Shown: positions 18,038-32,307, counted from the first letter of the stretch. The stretch is DNA of 64,000 nucleotides from Dictyostelium discoideum (GCA_000004695.1 CM000155.2:96001-160000); one strand, 5' to 3'. Numbers and translations are program-made. Notes: a model not told the origin generated them from the letters alone.

Positions 18038-19324
18038 TTATTTTTTTTCAAATAAAGTTATTGCACCTTCATATATTAAAAAGTTTATGCTAACTGTTGG
18101 AATTACTTTTAAATATGCTGGTCTAATACCTTTATATAATGCTGAAATTCCTTCAGTTTTTGTAATTTTAATTATTGCGTCTATAAAATTTTTATATATT
18201 GGTAATTGATTTCTATCAAAATGTTGTAACATTATTCTTCTTTTTACAACATCTAATGGATATAAAACTTTTTTTTTTTTTTTTTTTTTTTAAAATAAAT
18301 TAGTATAAGCAACTTTTTTAAAAAGAAAAAGTTAATAAAATAATACCTACTTGTCATAGTTAAGCCACCAGATATTGCACCATAAATTGAAGGAGCATAT
18401 AATGGAGGTGATTTTAAAATGTATTGTTGAGTTTTTTCTTTTATAGTTTCATAAAATGTAAAGTTTAAAGCTGCAAATGGTGCTATATTTAAAATTCCTG
18501 CACTTAAACCTCTAAAGAAACCAATGATACCTAAATCTCTATAAATTCCTTTTGTAACATTCTTAATTGTCGCTGCAGTGGGTGCACTGTTTATTTGTTT
18601 GTTTGTTTGTTTGTTTGTTTGTTTGTTTGTTTGTTTGTTTGTTTGTTTGTTTGTTTGTTTGTTTGTTTGTTTGTTTGTTTGTTTGTTTGTTTGTGTGATG
18701 AGAGGTATGTTAGTCTTTCCCACATATTTTAGAATAAACAATGAAAAAAAAAAAGAGAGATAGAGAGGGTGTAGTGCTTGTTTGTATGTATGTATATTTA
18801 ACATACATAACAGTGATATGAGTTTTAATGACATCCAATGGATGAGTTAATGCAACTGAAACTACACCAGATGAAGCACCAGCCCACATCCTATTGATAA
18901 CACTTATTGAACCATCAGGTTCTGATGCCATCCTTTTAAATGCACCATATGAATAGAATCTAATAGCTGATTGTGGTCCTGCCTTTATAATGTTTACAAA
19001 GTTACCTCTAAATAATCCAGCTATACCTTCCTCTTTAATTATCACTTTGAATGCTGGTATTATCCTATTATATTTAGTTCCATCCTTTAATATCACTTCA
19101 ACTTGATTCAATATCTTTATTCTTTCTAATGGTGCTGTTAATGTTCTTGATACTATACCTGCTATTAATCCTGAAAAAAAGTCATTACTATGAAATAATG
19201 TTGATGATTTTGTTGTTGTTGCCGTTGTCGTTGTCGTTGTTGTCGAATTATTTAAATTATCATTTTTATTGTTATTATTTTGATTATTATTTTGGTTATT
19301 ATTATTTTGATTATTGATGACCAT
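18038..19324 (-). CDS. Mitochondrial carrier family (SLC25) protein, ~327 aa, three exons: 19324..18807, 18586..18351, 18267..18038. Resembles CoA/Leu5/SLC25A16-type carriers.
   Basis: Three tandem carrier repeats with Px(D/E)xx(K/R) signatures: PLERIKILNQV, HPLDVIKTHITV, YPLDVVKRRI. Introns GTATGT...AACAG (phase 2) and GTAGGT...poly(A)AG (phase 1). Total 984 nt = 328 codons. Intron 1 carries the (TTTG)n microsatellite. Confidence 0.85.
18589..18692. repeat. (TTTG)n ~26 units, intronic in the mitochondrial carrier gene.
   Basis: tgtttgtttgtttg... run. It creates artefactual TNKQ-repeat and LFVC-repeat ORFs in the track. Confidence 0.95.
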
Positions 19325-20086
19325 TTGATTTCGCTTAAAACTCTAAAAAAAAAAAAAAAAAAAAAAATTAAAAAAAAAAAAAAAATCAACATGCTTTTTT
19401 AATTTTGATAATTCACAAACATTTCAAATCACTTTTTTTTTTTTTTTTTTTTTCTAATTTGTTTTGTTAAACAAAAACAAAAACAAAAACAAAAAGAAAA
19501 AAGTAAAAAAAAAAAAAAAAAAAAAATAGAGGGCATATAAAAATTTAAATGATAATTATCATTTAGATTTTTATTATAATTTTTTTTTTTTTTTTTTTTT
19601 TTAGTGTCTTAATTAAATTTATTTTAAAACTATTTTATTTTAAATTGATTATTACTTTAATTAGTATTGTTTTTAAAAATTCATTTTTTTTTAATTTTTA
19701 TTTTTTATTTTTTAATTTTTTTAAATCTTATTCAAAAATAAATAAAAAATAAAATAAAAATAAAAAAAAAATAAAAAAAAAATAAAAAAAAAATAAATGA
19801 ATTTTTTTAAAAAATTTTCTGAAATTTCCTTTATAGGACTGTGGGGATATTTTTTTTTATTTTTATTTTTTATGAAAATATGCAAACTTAAAAAACTATT
19901 TAAATGAATTTACAATTTTTTTTTTTTTTTTTTTTTTTTCATTAATAAATAATAATTAAAATTTGCATATATAAAAGAAATAAAAATTTTTTATTTTTTG
20001 TAAACATATTATTTTCTGTAAATAAATCATATAATTTTTCAACATACATATATATATATATATTTTTAAAATAAAATAAAATAAAA

Positions 20087-22838
20087 ATGTCATTTAATCC
20101 AGAAGAATTTACTGATAAAACAAATACAATTTTGTTAAGAACTCAAGAATTGGCAAGAGAAAAATCAAATGTACAATTAGCACCAATACATTTGGCTGTT
20201 ACATTATTAAATGATGAAGATAATTTAGCAAAATCTATATTTGAAAAAGCTGGTGGAGATGTACCAAAAATTGATGCTGGTTTTAAAAGATTATTAGCCA
20301 AACAACCTGTTCAAAATCCAGTACCACCGTAAGTACTTATTTTTTCAATTAATTTTTTTTTTTTTTTCATATTATTCTTATATTAACCTTATTATTTTTT
20401 TTTATAATTTTTAATTTAGTGAAATTTCTCCAAATTCATTATTTTTACAAGTTTTAAGATCAGCAGCACGTCATCAAAAGAATAATGGTGATTCTCATTT
20501 AGCAGTTGACCATTTAATATTGGGATTATTGGATGATAGAGATATATTATCAGTATTGGGAGATGCTGGTGCAACCAAAGAACAAGTTATACAAGCAGTT
20601 AAAGAGATTAGAGGAAATAAAAAGATTACAAGTAAAACTGCAGAATCTACCTATGAAGCATTATCAAAATATGGTTATGATTTGGTTTCACAAGCACAAG
20701 AGGGTAAATTAGATCCTGTAATTGGTAGAGATGAAGAGATTCGTCGTGTTATTAGAGTACTTTCCAGAAGAACCAAAAACAATCCAGTTTTGATTGGTGA
20801 ACCTGGTGTTGGTAAAACTGCAGTTGTTGAAGGTTTAGCACAACGTATTGTACGTGGTGATATTCCTGATAATTTGAATGCACGTGTTATAGCATTGGAT
20901 ATGGGTGCATTAATTGCCGGTGCAAAGTATCGTGGTGATTTTGAAGAACGTTTAAAAGCTGTACTTAAAGAAGTTAAAGATTCAAATGGTGGTATCATTT
21001 TATTCATTGATGAAATCCATTTGGTATTGGGTGCTGGTAAAACCGATGGTGCAATGGATGCTGCAAACTTATTGAAACCAATGTTGGCAAGAGGTGAACT
21101 TCGTTGTATTGGTGCTACAACATTGGATGAATATCGTCAATACGTCGAAAAGGATCCAGCATTTGAACGTCGTTTCCAACAAGTGTTTGTAAATGAACCA
21201 ACAGTAAATGATACCATTTCAATTCTTCGTGGTCTTAAAGAGCGTTATGAAACTCATCATGGTGTTAGAATTACCGATAACGCTTTAGTGGTTGCTGCTC
21301 AATTGTCTCATCGTTACATTACCAATCGTTTCCTTCCTGATAAAGCAATCGATTTGGTTGATGAAGCTTGTGCCAATACTAGAGTTCAATTAAATTCTCA
21401 ACCAGAGGCAATTGATAATCTTGAACGTCGTAGACTTCAATTGGAGGTTGAATCGGCTGCACTTGAAAAAGAAGAAGATGATGCTTCAAAACAAAGATTA
21501 AAAGCTGTTCAAGAGGAACTCAATCAAATCAAGGATGAACTTCAACCACTCGAAGCAAAATATCAAAAAGAAAGATCAAGAGTCGATAAAATTCGAGAAC
21601 TTAGAAAGAAGCTCGAAGATATTAAAGTTAAACTTTCAGATGCTGAAAGAAGATATGATACCTCTGCTGCCGCTGATTATCGTTACTTTGTAATTCCAGA
21701 TTTAGAGAAACAAATTGAAGTTTGTGATAAAGAAAGAAAGGAAAATAAAAAGGATGCAATGGTTAGTGAAGTTGTAACACCGGAACAAATTGCTGATGTT
21801 GTCTCACGTTGGACTGGTATTCCAGTAAGTAAATTAAGTCAAACAGAGAAACAACGTCTCTTATCATTGGCTGATCATCTTCATAATAGAGTCGTTGGTC
21901 AAGATGAAGCTGTAGATGCAGTTGCCGATGCTGTATTACGTAGTAAGAGTGGTTTGGCAAGAGAGAATCAACCATTGGGATCTTTCTTATTCTTGGGTCC
22001 AACTGGTGTTGGTAAAACTGAATTGGCAAAAGCATTGGCATTGGAATTGTTTGATGATGAATCTCATATGGTTAGAATTGATATGAGTGAATATATGGAA
22101 CAACATTCGGTTTCTCGTTTAATTGGTGCTCCACCAGGTTATGTAGGTTATGATCAAGGTGGTCAATTAACTGAAGCCGTCAGAAGAAGACCATACAGTG
22201 TAGTATTGTTTGATGAAGTTGAAAAAGCTCATCAACAAGTTTGGAATGTTCTCTTACAAGTATTGGATGAAGGTCGTCTTACCGATGGTCAAGGTAGAAC
22301 CGTAGATTTCTCAAATGTTGTTATCATTATGACCTCAAATTTAGGTAGTCAATACATCCTTGGTGAACAAGCAAACAAAGAAGGTGGTAACAACTCTTTA
22401 TCACAAGCTTGTAAAGATAAAGTCATTGATGAAGTTAGAAAACATTTCCGTCCAGAGTTTTTAAATCGTCTCGATGATATAATTGTCTTTACTCCATTGA
22501 GTAAAGAAAACCTTCATAGTATTATTACTCTTCAATTAAGATCCGTCGAAAAGAGATTAGAAGATCAAAATATGTCTTTAAAGATTTCAAACGATGCTTT
22601 AGATTCAATTATCAATGCTGCATATGATCCAATCTTTGGTGGTAGACCATTGAAACGTTACATTGAAAAGAATATTGTCACTGAACTTAGTAAACTCATC
22701 CTTGGTGGTAAATTAAAAGAAAATCAAGGTGTTGTTGTCAATGAAAAAGATCATCATCTCAACTTTGATATTATAGATTTAAAACAACAACAACAACGTC
22801 CAGCTTCTCCAACCAAAAAACAAAAAACTATTAAATAA
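20087..22838 (+). CDS. ClpB/Hsp104-family AAA+ protein disaggregase (HSP101/HSP104-like), ~886 aa. Two exons: 20087..20328 and 20420..22838.
   Basis: Clp N-domain, two Walker A sites (GEPGVGKT and GPTGVGKT), a coiled-coil middle domain and a C-terminal D2 small domain. Intron donor cc|GTAAGT (phase 2), acceptor TTAATTTAG; the ClpN repeat [18 protein letters not shown] continues in frame. Confidence 0.93.
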
Positions 22839-22974
22839 AAAAAAATAAAAAATAAATAAAATCTATCTGTTTTTTTAAAATTAAAATATATATTTACAAG
22901 TTTATTTATTTTTTACATAATATCAATAATAAATTATTATCTATTATTATTATTATTATTAATTATTATTATTA

Positions 22975-23876
22975 TTATTTTGATTGTATTAATATTAAAC
23001 CACTCCAATTAAAAAAACTTTGAGTAATACTAATAGATTTTAAACCTTTAAGAACTACATTTGATTTACAATAAATTTGATCATTTGTTAATCTACCTTC
23101 AATTGGTTCACATTCAATTCCTCCTATTGATAGTGTATCGATAGGTTTGTTTGAATTAAAATTACCAACTAATAAATATAATTGTGAATTATCATATTCT
23201 TTTAAAGTAATAAAATAAACTTCTGTGACATAAATTTGAATATAATCACAGTTATTACCAACATATCCATAATTACAATGACATATTCCTGTATTTCTAA
23301 TTTAATTTTTTTAAAAAAAATAATAATAATAATAATAATAATATAAAAAAAACATATATTAGTATAATTGTTTTAAATATTTATATATATATATATATTA
23401 TATATATATATTATTTTTACATACTCGTCAGAAAAACCATTTTCGCAAGAATAAGGAATTCGATTTTGATAAGATACAGCTAGACCAGGTAAGAAAAACA
23501 CAATAAAATCATTTTGGAATATTGATGTAGTGAAAGATGCAGGAACACTTAAAATGTTACCATTATTAAAAGTTTTAAAACTATTACTTATGCTACAACT
23601 GAAACGAGAATCTGAAAGTGAATGTTTAATACATTCTTGACCATCCAAAGTAAAAATTAAATTTGAAAAATTCGAACCAAATGAATGTCCAATTACATCA
23701 AGATTTGTTGTATCCTTGATTGTAACTGAACTTGCCACTGGAACATTTGGATTCGTATTTAATCCTAAAACTATTATTATTAAAATTATTATTATTATTG
23801 TTATTATTTTATATAAAGTTAATAAAGGGAAAAATAAAAAAATAAAAAAATAAAAAAAAGAAAAGGTGGAAATTTC
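22975..23876 (-). CDS. Secreted EGF-like-domain protein (5' end unresolved). Exons ?..23425 and 23296..22975; reading frame open upstream to 23876 with no in-frame ATG.
   Basis: Hydrophobic signal-like stretch ...IIIIILIIIVLGL, then the ORF 23373..23738. Donor ga|GTATGT (phase 2), acceptor AAATTAG. Exon 2 encodes an EGF-like module NTGICHCNYGYVGNNCD followed by ~85 aa and a TAA. The true start codon is probably in a small upstream exon that I could not place. Confidence 0.55.
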
Positions 23877-24166
23877 TTACCCTTTGAAATTGGAAATTAA
23901 AAGGAAATTAAAGAAATTAAAATTTTTGGCATATATTTTATTTTAAAACAAATTTTTTTTTTTTTTTTTTTGAAGAAAAGGAAAAAAAAAAATAAAAAAT
24001 TAAAAATTTAAAATAAAAACCCTAAAATTTGTTTTGAAAAAAAAATAATTATTATAAATTTTTTTTTTTTTTTTTTTTTTACCAATTACAACTAATATCT
24101 TATTTTAATAATTATAATATATCTAAATTTTTTTTTAAAAACACCACATTGTTTAAAATTAATTTG

Positions 24167-24202
<36 letters not shown>

Positions 24203-24344
24203 TTTTTTTTTTTTTTCACTGTAATCAATTCGTTTTTTTTAATTTTTTAATTTTTTAATTTTTTTTTTTTTTTATTTTTTTTTTTCATTTCTCAATTTTT
24301 TTTTTTTATTTCAATCAAACACAAATAATTAAAGATCTACAACA

Positions 24345-24716
24345 ATGGGTCAAGATAGAGACGATAATCCATATAAACTTTCACCACGTTATAGAAACAA
24401 GGCACCAGTTATCAGAAACCCTAAATTTGATTGTATAGAACTTTTCAGTAAACTTGGTTCATGTCTTTCTAAAAGTGGTTTTGATATATCAAAATGTGCA
24501 CCTCAACTTGCATTAGTTAATGATTGTAAAAAACAAGCTGTAAGTTTAATATACTATTATAGCTGTTTCAAATATTTTGTTTAATATGATTTTTTTTTTA
24601 TAGAATTACTAACTTTTTTTTATGGGGAAAAATAGAAAATTGTAAGACGTGTTTCACCATTTGGTTTCCATTTCAATAGAATCGTTTCAAATAAATTTAA
24701 AATTCCAATTCCATAA
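24345..24716 (+). CDS. Small twin-Cx9C (CHCH) protein, ~91 aa. Exons 24345..24539 and 24636..24716; alternatively unspliced, 79 aa.
   Basis: Cx9C pairs: C-IELFSKLGS-C and C-APQLALVND-C. A canonical GTAAGT follows ...KKQA, and an AAAATAG acceptor gives KIVRRVSPFGFHFNRIVSNKFKIPIP-stop in frame. Confidence 0.5.
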
Positions 24717-24924
24717 TTTAATAAAAAAATATATAAAAAAAAAAAAAAAACAGAAAAAGATAAAATAAAATAAAATTAAAGATGATAATAAAAATTTAAG
24801 ATTTAAAAAAAAAAAAAGGAAAAAAAGATAAAAATAAATAAAAAAAAAGATAAAAATAAAGAAAAAGAAAAAGAAAACAGACTTTTTTTTTTTTTTTTTT
24901 GTAATTATTTATTTATTTATTATT

Positions 24925-25433
24925 TTAAGGTTGAATAGTTAAAATGATTGGATATAAAGTTTTGGATTTTGGATTTTGAATAAAAGCAAATCCTTTTGGT
25001 GAATAATTCTTTTCAGTTGATAAATTATGAAGACGAATGAAATCAACAGCAGAACAAAAACCAACTCCACTACCAAAACCTCTAACTAATGATTGTTCAC
25101 CATTGGTAACGTATCCAATTGGTTTTCTAGTCATTTCATCATAATACTTATAAAGTTGATCAATTGTATTTGGCATATTATTTTTTGTTAATTTTGGTGT
25201 TATCAGTTCAATTGGTTTATAATCTCTTTTATAGTATTTATATGATAATAATTGAATATCTGATTCCAAAGGTTCATAAATTATTGAATTTGGTAATGGT
25301 TTACCACGATTAAACATTTTAATACTAACTCTAACCAATCCTCTATCATTCGCTTCATTAATAGTTTCTTGATTAAATGGAATATTTATATTATCTAATT
25401 TTTATAAATTATTATTAATATTATTATTATTAT

Positions 25434-25498
<65 letters not shown>

Positions 25499-27655
25499 AA
25501 AAAAATAATACATTACTTTTCATAATTGGATAATTTGAAGGTTCTAAAAGTGATAGGGCTAATTTACCTCTATATACAAAGTATGGTTGTGGTGATAAAA
25601 TTAATTCGCCATCAGTACCAATTATATTTTTTAATTTTTTAGATTTATGTTCTTCTTGATTTGATTTTTTAGAGGTTGTTATTGTTGTATCATTTTGTTG
25701 TGGTTGTTTTGATGATGGTTGATTAAAATCCAAAATTTCATTTTTATTATATCTTAAAATCCAATTCCAACAAGGTCTAAATGGAAAGAAAACTGAATTT
25801 TTTAAATAATTTATTCTTTTTGAAGGTGGTGTTTTTTTAAATTTTTGTTCTAAAACTGTGGTTGTCATATCATAATAGGAATCACATGATTTTGAATCTG
25901 GATAATCTCTTGGAAAACTTGGTAAACCTTGTTCCAAAAGCATTCTATCTCTATCCTCTAAACCAATTGACCATGCACCAGCATAAATTAAAGGTATCCA
26001 AAATGCTAAACCCCAACCACCTGGTACAATTATATCCCAACCTGATCCATATCCTCTTGTTAATCCACCATCCCTTTGAATTAACATAATTGTTGGTGTC
26101 GATGGTGGTAATTGATTTTTGGTAGTGCTATTATCATCTTTAATAAATGAATTTTTTTGATCATTTAAATCTTTAATTCTTTTTCTTCTTTCATTTACTT
26201 TATGATTTTCTTCAATATTCTTTGACATATATGATCTCTTTTCTTCATCCCAAAGCTCTGATACTGCTACTTGTTTACAAATTTTATTCCAATTAACTAT
26301 GATTTGATTTATTGAATGATTAATTTTAGTGGTGGTGGTAGTAGAATCTTTAATATTTGGTTTTGCAATTGATCTAACTTGAAGTGCAACCTCTTCTGGT
26401 ATTCTACAAACTAATCTTGGATCATGAACTCTTAATGAAATAACAGTACCTTTTGGTAATGTTGCAGGTGTTCTTAATGTATTTAATAAACTCCAAACTT
26501 GATTTGATTCCAATTGATCTTTATTTTCATTATTTTGTTGTTGTTGTTGATTTAAATATAAAATTGAATTTAATATTGAGTGTGATTTTGAACCTGTTAA
26601 TTCAAATCTTTGTAATTGTTGCTCCAAGTTATTAATATTCACTAATAATTAATTAATTAATAATTAATAAATTTATTTATTAATTTATTTTAATAATACA
26701 ATAATAATAATATTTTAAACTTACAATTAAATTGACTTGCACTTTTTTCAAAAATAAAAGTAATTTCATTTAATGCTGCTGGATGAATCCAAACCCAAAT
26801 TTTTCTTTGATTGTCATTATTGTTGTTGTTATTATTATTATCTTGTTGTTTCCATAAATATTTAGCAGGACAAATAAAATGAAATGGAAACCTGTCAATA
26901 TAATAAATATCAATTGTACCTTCTCTTGAACCTGTTAAATAAGATTTATTTGAAATTGGAGTTGAATTTGGATCTGTTATGGTTGAAAAGAAATTTATGA
27001 TATTTGATTCTAAACCTGTGATTTCAATGCACTGATAGTATGAACAATCATATAATGTACAAAAATGTGAAGATGCTCTAAAAGTTGATCTAACACCTTT
27101 ACCATTGATTGATTTAGCAATCTTATGTCCCCAAATACTTAACATCTTCATCCTTTTTGCATGCCAAATATGTGTCTCTAACCATTTAAATGTTTTTTGT
27201 CTTCTTTCATAATCTCTTAATAAATAAGCTGGTCTTCTCTTTGCTTTTCTAACAACTGTTTTCTCTCTTAATAATTTACCACCTTCCGATTTATTAGTTT
27301 GTGCTGATTTTTCAATCTAAAAAATTAAATAATTATTAATAAAACAATATATGTATATATCAGCGGTTGTAATAAATATAAATTATATACTTACTTCATT
27401 TTGTGCTCTTTTTCTTAAATGGACTGGTAATCTGTAAACATTATGACTCATTGTTCTTCTTCTAAGATAACGAGGTAAACTTTGAAATGCTCTTGTATTA
27501 CTCTTTTTGGTGGTAATAGCTTTGAGGAATTGATTGATCTCTGATTTTCTTGAATTTACATAGGATAAAACACTCAAAGATGCTGGTGCTCTAAAATCCT
27601 TTTTCTTCATGTCAGTTGAATCTTTATATTTTTCATTTCCATCATTATTATCCAT

Positions 27656-27658
<3 letters not shown>
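24925..27658 (-). CDS. Ribonuclease P/MRP protein subunit POP1, ~816 aa. Exons 27658..27395, 27316..26725, 26641..25517, 25394..24925.
   Basis: POP1 N-terminal domain: KTFKWLETHIWHAKRMKMLSIWGHKIAK...FRASSHFCTLYDCSYYQCIEITG. POPLD domain: GGLTRGYGSGWDIIVPGGWGLAFWIPLIYAGAWSIGL. Introns of 78, 83 and 122 nt (GTAAGT, GTAAGT, GTAATG donors). Phases check out; 2451 nt total. The ORF upstream of the first ATG (27658) is a poly-T 5' UTR artefact. Confidence 0.85.
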
Positions 27659-27691
<33 letters not shown>

Positions 27692-27983
27692 AATCTTCCT
27701 ACAATCTGTGAAATGACAAAAAAAATGTAATAATAAAAAAAAAAACTGATTTCGTAATAATTTCTTGAAAAACAATGAAATATCAAAAAAAAAAAAAAAA
27801 AAAATAAAAATGATCAGTTTTTTTTTTTTTTTTTGTCGTCTATTTTTAATTTTTTTATTTTTTTTTCTTTAAAAATTATTAATTTTATTGTATTATTATT
27901 ATTTATTTATTTTTATTGTTTTTTTTTTTTTTAAAAAAATTCACAAATAAATTAATTTAAATTATTTTGTAAAGAATAAGAAA

Positions 27984-28098
27984 ATGGATTTTGCATCAAG
28001 TGAAATTTTATTTTTTAAAATAATTAGAAATACATATCTTTTTAAAAAAATTTTAAATCATTTAAATACAACTAATAAATATTATAAATACTATAATG

Positions 28099-28158
<60 letters not shown>

Positions 28159-30614
28159 TCCAAGAATCAATTAAAGAAATTAATTTACTTAAAGTTAGAA
28201 AATATGAAAATATAATTTCAGTTGATTGGATGATTCAAAACAAATATTTTTATTTATTAAAATGGAAATTAAATGACAATAATTCAAATCTTAAATTTCC
28301 CAATAAAATGGTAGAGAAATTTTGTATGAATTTTTCAGATTCATTCCCATTGGAATTATTTAAAGATATCTATTCAAAGATTGGTTATTATTTTATTGAC
28401 GATAGAGATACCACTCTATTTCATTTTTTACTTATAAACAGACTTGATATAATCAAATTCTTAATAATTGATCAAAGTGAACATTTTAAAATAAATTTAA
28501 ATCTTTCAATTGTAAGAAATTTGGATACTTTTAAATTCCTTTTTAATATTATAGAAACTAAAGAAAAGGAAGGATGTAATGAAAGTAAAGAAATGAAATT
28601 AAAATATCTTAAAAATTTCTTACCAACCATATCATCACAAATTGAATACTCTAAAGAATTTATAGAGTATGCATTGAAAATTTATAAAAGTTTTATGGAT
28701 GAAAATGGTGTTAATAATACAATGTATTTAGGTGATTCTGTTTTTAATATAATTATTAATTTTGGAGATTATAGAATATTCTTGGAATATTTAGTACCAA
28801 TTGGATATTATTTTTCAGAATTATTTAGTAAATTATTTTATAATATTTTATATAAATTAAAACAGAATCGTTTAAATTCAATTTCAATGGATCATTTATT
28901 AATATTAGAATATATTAGAATCCAAATAATACCTGAACAATCATTATTATCATCATCAGAAGAAGAAGAAGAAGAAAAAGATTATATTTATATAGATACT
29001 AAAATAACAAATACTAAACAATTTTTTATTGAACCAACTTTTAAAGAATTTGAAAAACTTTACAATAAACAAAATTATTCAAATACATTAGAATCTGAAT
29101 TATTAGATGAAAATAAACAACCAATTCAATTGATGAAAATAAAAGAATTATCTTTAGATAAAAAGAAATTATTTCAATTTTTTATAAATTATTTTAAAGA
29201 ATCAATAATATCAAATTTTAAACAAACAATTATAATTACTGGTGGTAAAAATGTTTCTCAACAATTATCTCTATTAAATGCTTTGAAAAGTTATTTACAA
29301 ATGGCAATCGATTTAGAAGATTTACAATCTTTAAAATTTTTAATAGCTTTATTTGATACCAATAGATTATCTCTTCATTATAACCTATATAGTGAATGTT
29401 TAGAATATATTTTTAATAGTGGAAATAATACTATTGATTTTTTTTGTAATTTTTCAAAAGAGGCAGAAGATATTCTATCATTTTTACTTGAAAACCATCA
29501 ACTGGAAAAATCATATATATCTTCAATTATTAAAAACTCTAGCATTAAACCCCTTCAATATCTATACTCATCTGAATATAACTCTAGATTGATTCAAGTG
29601 TATCCTGAATTACTTTTTGATGCAATTAAAATTTCAACCAGTATATCATTTATCAAATATTTATATTATTATAATTTAAAATTTAATAATATTCAATATT
29701 CAAGTGAAACTACAGAGGTTTTGAATGTTAATTGTCGTGCTGATAATCATGACCTTTTTGAAATTATTAAATTTGTAAATGAAAATATAATAAAACTACA
29801 ACCATTAAAAATTCAATTCGATGCATTATTAATAAATAAAATTGTTAATCATAAAGATGGTTTGAAAATATGTAAATATTTATTAGGTGGTGAAGAGAAT
29901 GCTCTTGGTAAACAATATCTTTTAACAAATATTTCAATTTTGGTTCCTACAATTTCAAATAATTCAAAATTGGATATGCTAGAGTATATATTATCTATTT
30001 ACTGGACCATTTATAAAGATATCGACTCAACACTTAAAACAGAATGCTTTTTAATTGAAAAATATTGGAATACAGCCGAAAATGATGATGTCATCAGATA
30101 CCTTTTTTCAAAGAATCCTGAAAAAATTCCATACATTCATTATGAATCTATGATTAGTTCAAATAATGTTAATCTTTATAAACTATCAACTCAATATAGA
30201 CATTTACCTTCAAAACAAGCTGTTTGGTCATCAATATCAATTGGTCATTTAAATATGAGCCTTTTCTTAATAAATGATTATATTGATCGAAATAATTTGA
30301 AAACTAATGAAACAATAATATTTCTATTTACTTGTATTGAAAATGCAATTACATCAAGACTATTAAAACTAACTAAAATCCTCCTATCAATGATTCATGA
30401 TAAATTAGAAAAAGAATCACCTCCATTAACCCTATCAGAAACTCAAATTAATTCATTAATAGCTAATTCTGTTAACTCTCAAGATTTTGAAATTTTTAAA
30501 TTTATTATTGACACATATAATTTAGATAATTCAGATATTAAAAAATTAATTCTTTTTAAATTAACAAAATCAATGAATAATTATTTAGAAAAAAAAAAAA
30601 AAATTGAAAAATAA
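27984..30614 (+). CDS. Hypothetical protein, 876 aa, single long ORF (N-terminal poly-N; Leu/Ile/Lys-rich helical protein).
   Basis: Uninterrupted 2.6-kb ORF with Dictyostelium-like codon usage. No recognisable catalytic or domain motif. Confidence 0.6.
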
Positions 30615-30720
30615 ATAATAATAATAATAATAATAATAATTAAAATAAATATTATTTAAATAAATTTTATTTAAATTATTGTTTATATTTCTTTTATCTT
30701 TTTTTTTAAAAATTAATTAA

Positions 30721-31419
30721 TTAATTTAAAGCGATATTACCAAAATAACTTGGTACATGGAAACATGGTGGATTAGTATTATCAGCATGATAACATGAAT
30801 ATTCTTTATAATTATATAATGGTACATCAATACGGAACATGTTAAACTTGTAAATATATCCTTCAGTTTCAGAATATTGACTTGCTTTTTGAATTAATTG
30901 GAATGGAATACGTAAAGTACCTTCCCAACCATCGTTGATTGTTGATGCACCATAAATAATTCCTGATTGACCACAATCTACCAAAGTATCTTGAATACCA
31001 TCACATTGATCATTTGGATTATTAACAAGTGATACAAATAGAACACCGTATGGAGATAACTCAACTTCTAAATAATTCACTGCAACTTGATCAGCTGGTC
31101 CATAAGAAAGAAAAGTTTCAAATACATCAGCATTAAATAAATCTTGATTACATGAATCGTATGGTGAAATAATATTATTATCAACACAATAGGCTTTAAT
31201 ATTTATATATTGATCATCATAACAAATCGATGCAAATGTTTGTTGAATTGCAAGTCCATAATTACTTGTTAATGTAAAATCGGTAACAGATGTTGCATTA
31301 CTCCATTGATTGGTTGAATTATTACTACATCTATAAATATTTAAAGTTTCAACAAATTGACTTGAAACAAAATAACTATTTATAAAAATAATTAAAATTA
31401 CAATTAATATTATTTTCAT
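30721..31419 (-). CDS. Secreted Cys-rich protein of unknown function, 232 aa, with signal peptide.
   Basis: N-terminal MKIILIVILIIFINSYFVSSQ (signal peptide). Ten Cys in the mature part, and a WEGTLRIPF motif. Convergent with the upstream gene; 106-bp spacer. Confidence 0.65.
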   Translation of the reverse strand: MKIILIVILIIFINSYFVSSQFVETLNIYRCSNNSTNQWSNATSVTDFTLTSNYGLAIQQTFASICYDDQYINIKAYCVDNNIISPYDSCNQDLFNADVFETFLSYGPADQVAVNYLEVELSPYGVLFVSLVNNPNDQCDGIQDTLVDCGQSGIIYGASTINDGWEGTLRIPFQLIQKASQYSETEGYIYKFNMFRIDVPLYNYKEYSCYHADNTNPPCFHVPSYFGNIALN

Positions 31420-31765
31420 TTTTTTTTTTTTCTTATTTATAATTATCGAGTGTGTGATTAATTCGAATTGTTTTTTTTTATTTTTATTTTTATTTTTTTA
31501 TTTTTATTTTTTTTTTTTTTTTTTGGAAAAAAAAAAAAATCTTTTATTCCCTGGGGGATTAAAAAAAAAGAAGATATTTTTTAATTTTATTTTATTTTAA
31601 TAATTTTATTATTTTATTTTATTTTTTTTTTTAAAAAAAATCATAAAAACAATAATATTGTTTTATTTTATTTTATTTTGATTTTGATTTTAATTTTAAT
31701 TTTAATTTTATTTCATTTTTTTTTTTTTTACTATTTACAGTTTTATTGATATATATATATTTTTA

Positions 31766-31996
31766 TTAATTTTGGGATTTTTGGGATTGAGTTGTACTTT
31801 CTTGAGTAATTTGTTGTGTTTCATTTGGTTTATTTGTATATTTAGCTAAAAAGTTTTCTTTTTCAATCTGTTCTTCATCTTTTGTTGCAAAGTAAAAACC
31901 TACTGAACCAAATATAATTGTTGCATATGCAAACTTTTCCATAACTTTAAGATATCTAATCATTTTTGATCTTGTAAATAATGAACTTCTACCCAT
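31766..31996 (-). CDS. Possible small single-pass membrane protein, 76 aa.
   Basis: ORF with one hydrophobic helix ([17 protein letters not shown]) flanked by charged residues, in an otherwise empty ~900-bp gap. No homology recognised. Confidence 0.35.
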
Positions 31997-32307
31997 ATTT
32001 TCTTTTTATATATATTATTTTGAATTTTTTTAAATTCCTTTAAATTTAAACCTTTGAAATATTAAACTGTTTTTCAAAATGAAAAAAACTAAAAAAGATT
32101 CTTAAACAAGTGGTGATTGGCAACCAAAATGAAAAAAAAGAAAAATGAAAAAATTGAAAAAAAAAAAAAAAAATTTAATCGCTTTTTTAATCACTTTTTA
32201 AAAAAAAAAAAAAAAAAAATAAAAAAAAAAAAAAAAAAAAAAAAATGAAAAAAAAAAAAAAAAACGAACAAATATCAATTTAAATAATTGTGATTAATTT
32301 TATAAAT

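Noticed and set aside
20675-22041. ORFs 20675..21007 (-) and 21763..22041 (-) inside the Hsp104 gene
   Set aside because: Antisense to a highly conserved AAA+ CDS.
24345-24584. Unspliced 79-aa version of the CHCH ORF
   Set aside because: Kept only as an alternative. A canonical GTAAGT immediately after the second Cx9C motif and an in-frame downstream exon make the spliced model more likely, though unproven.
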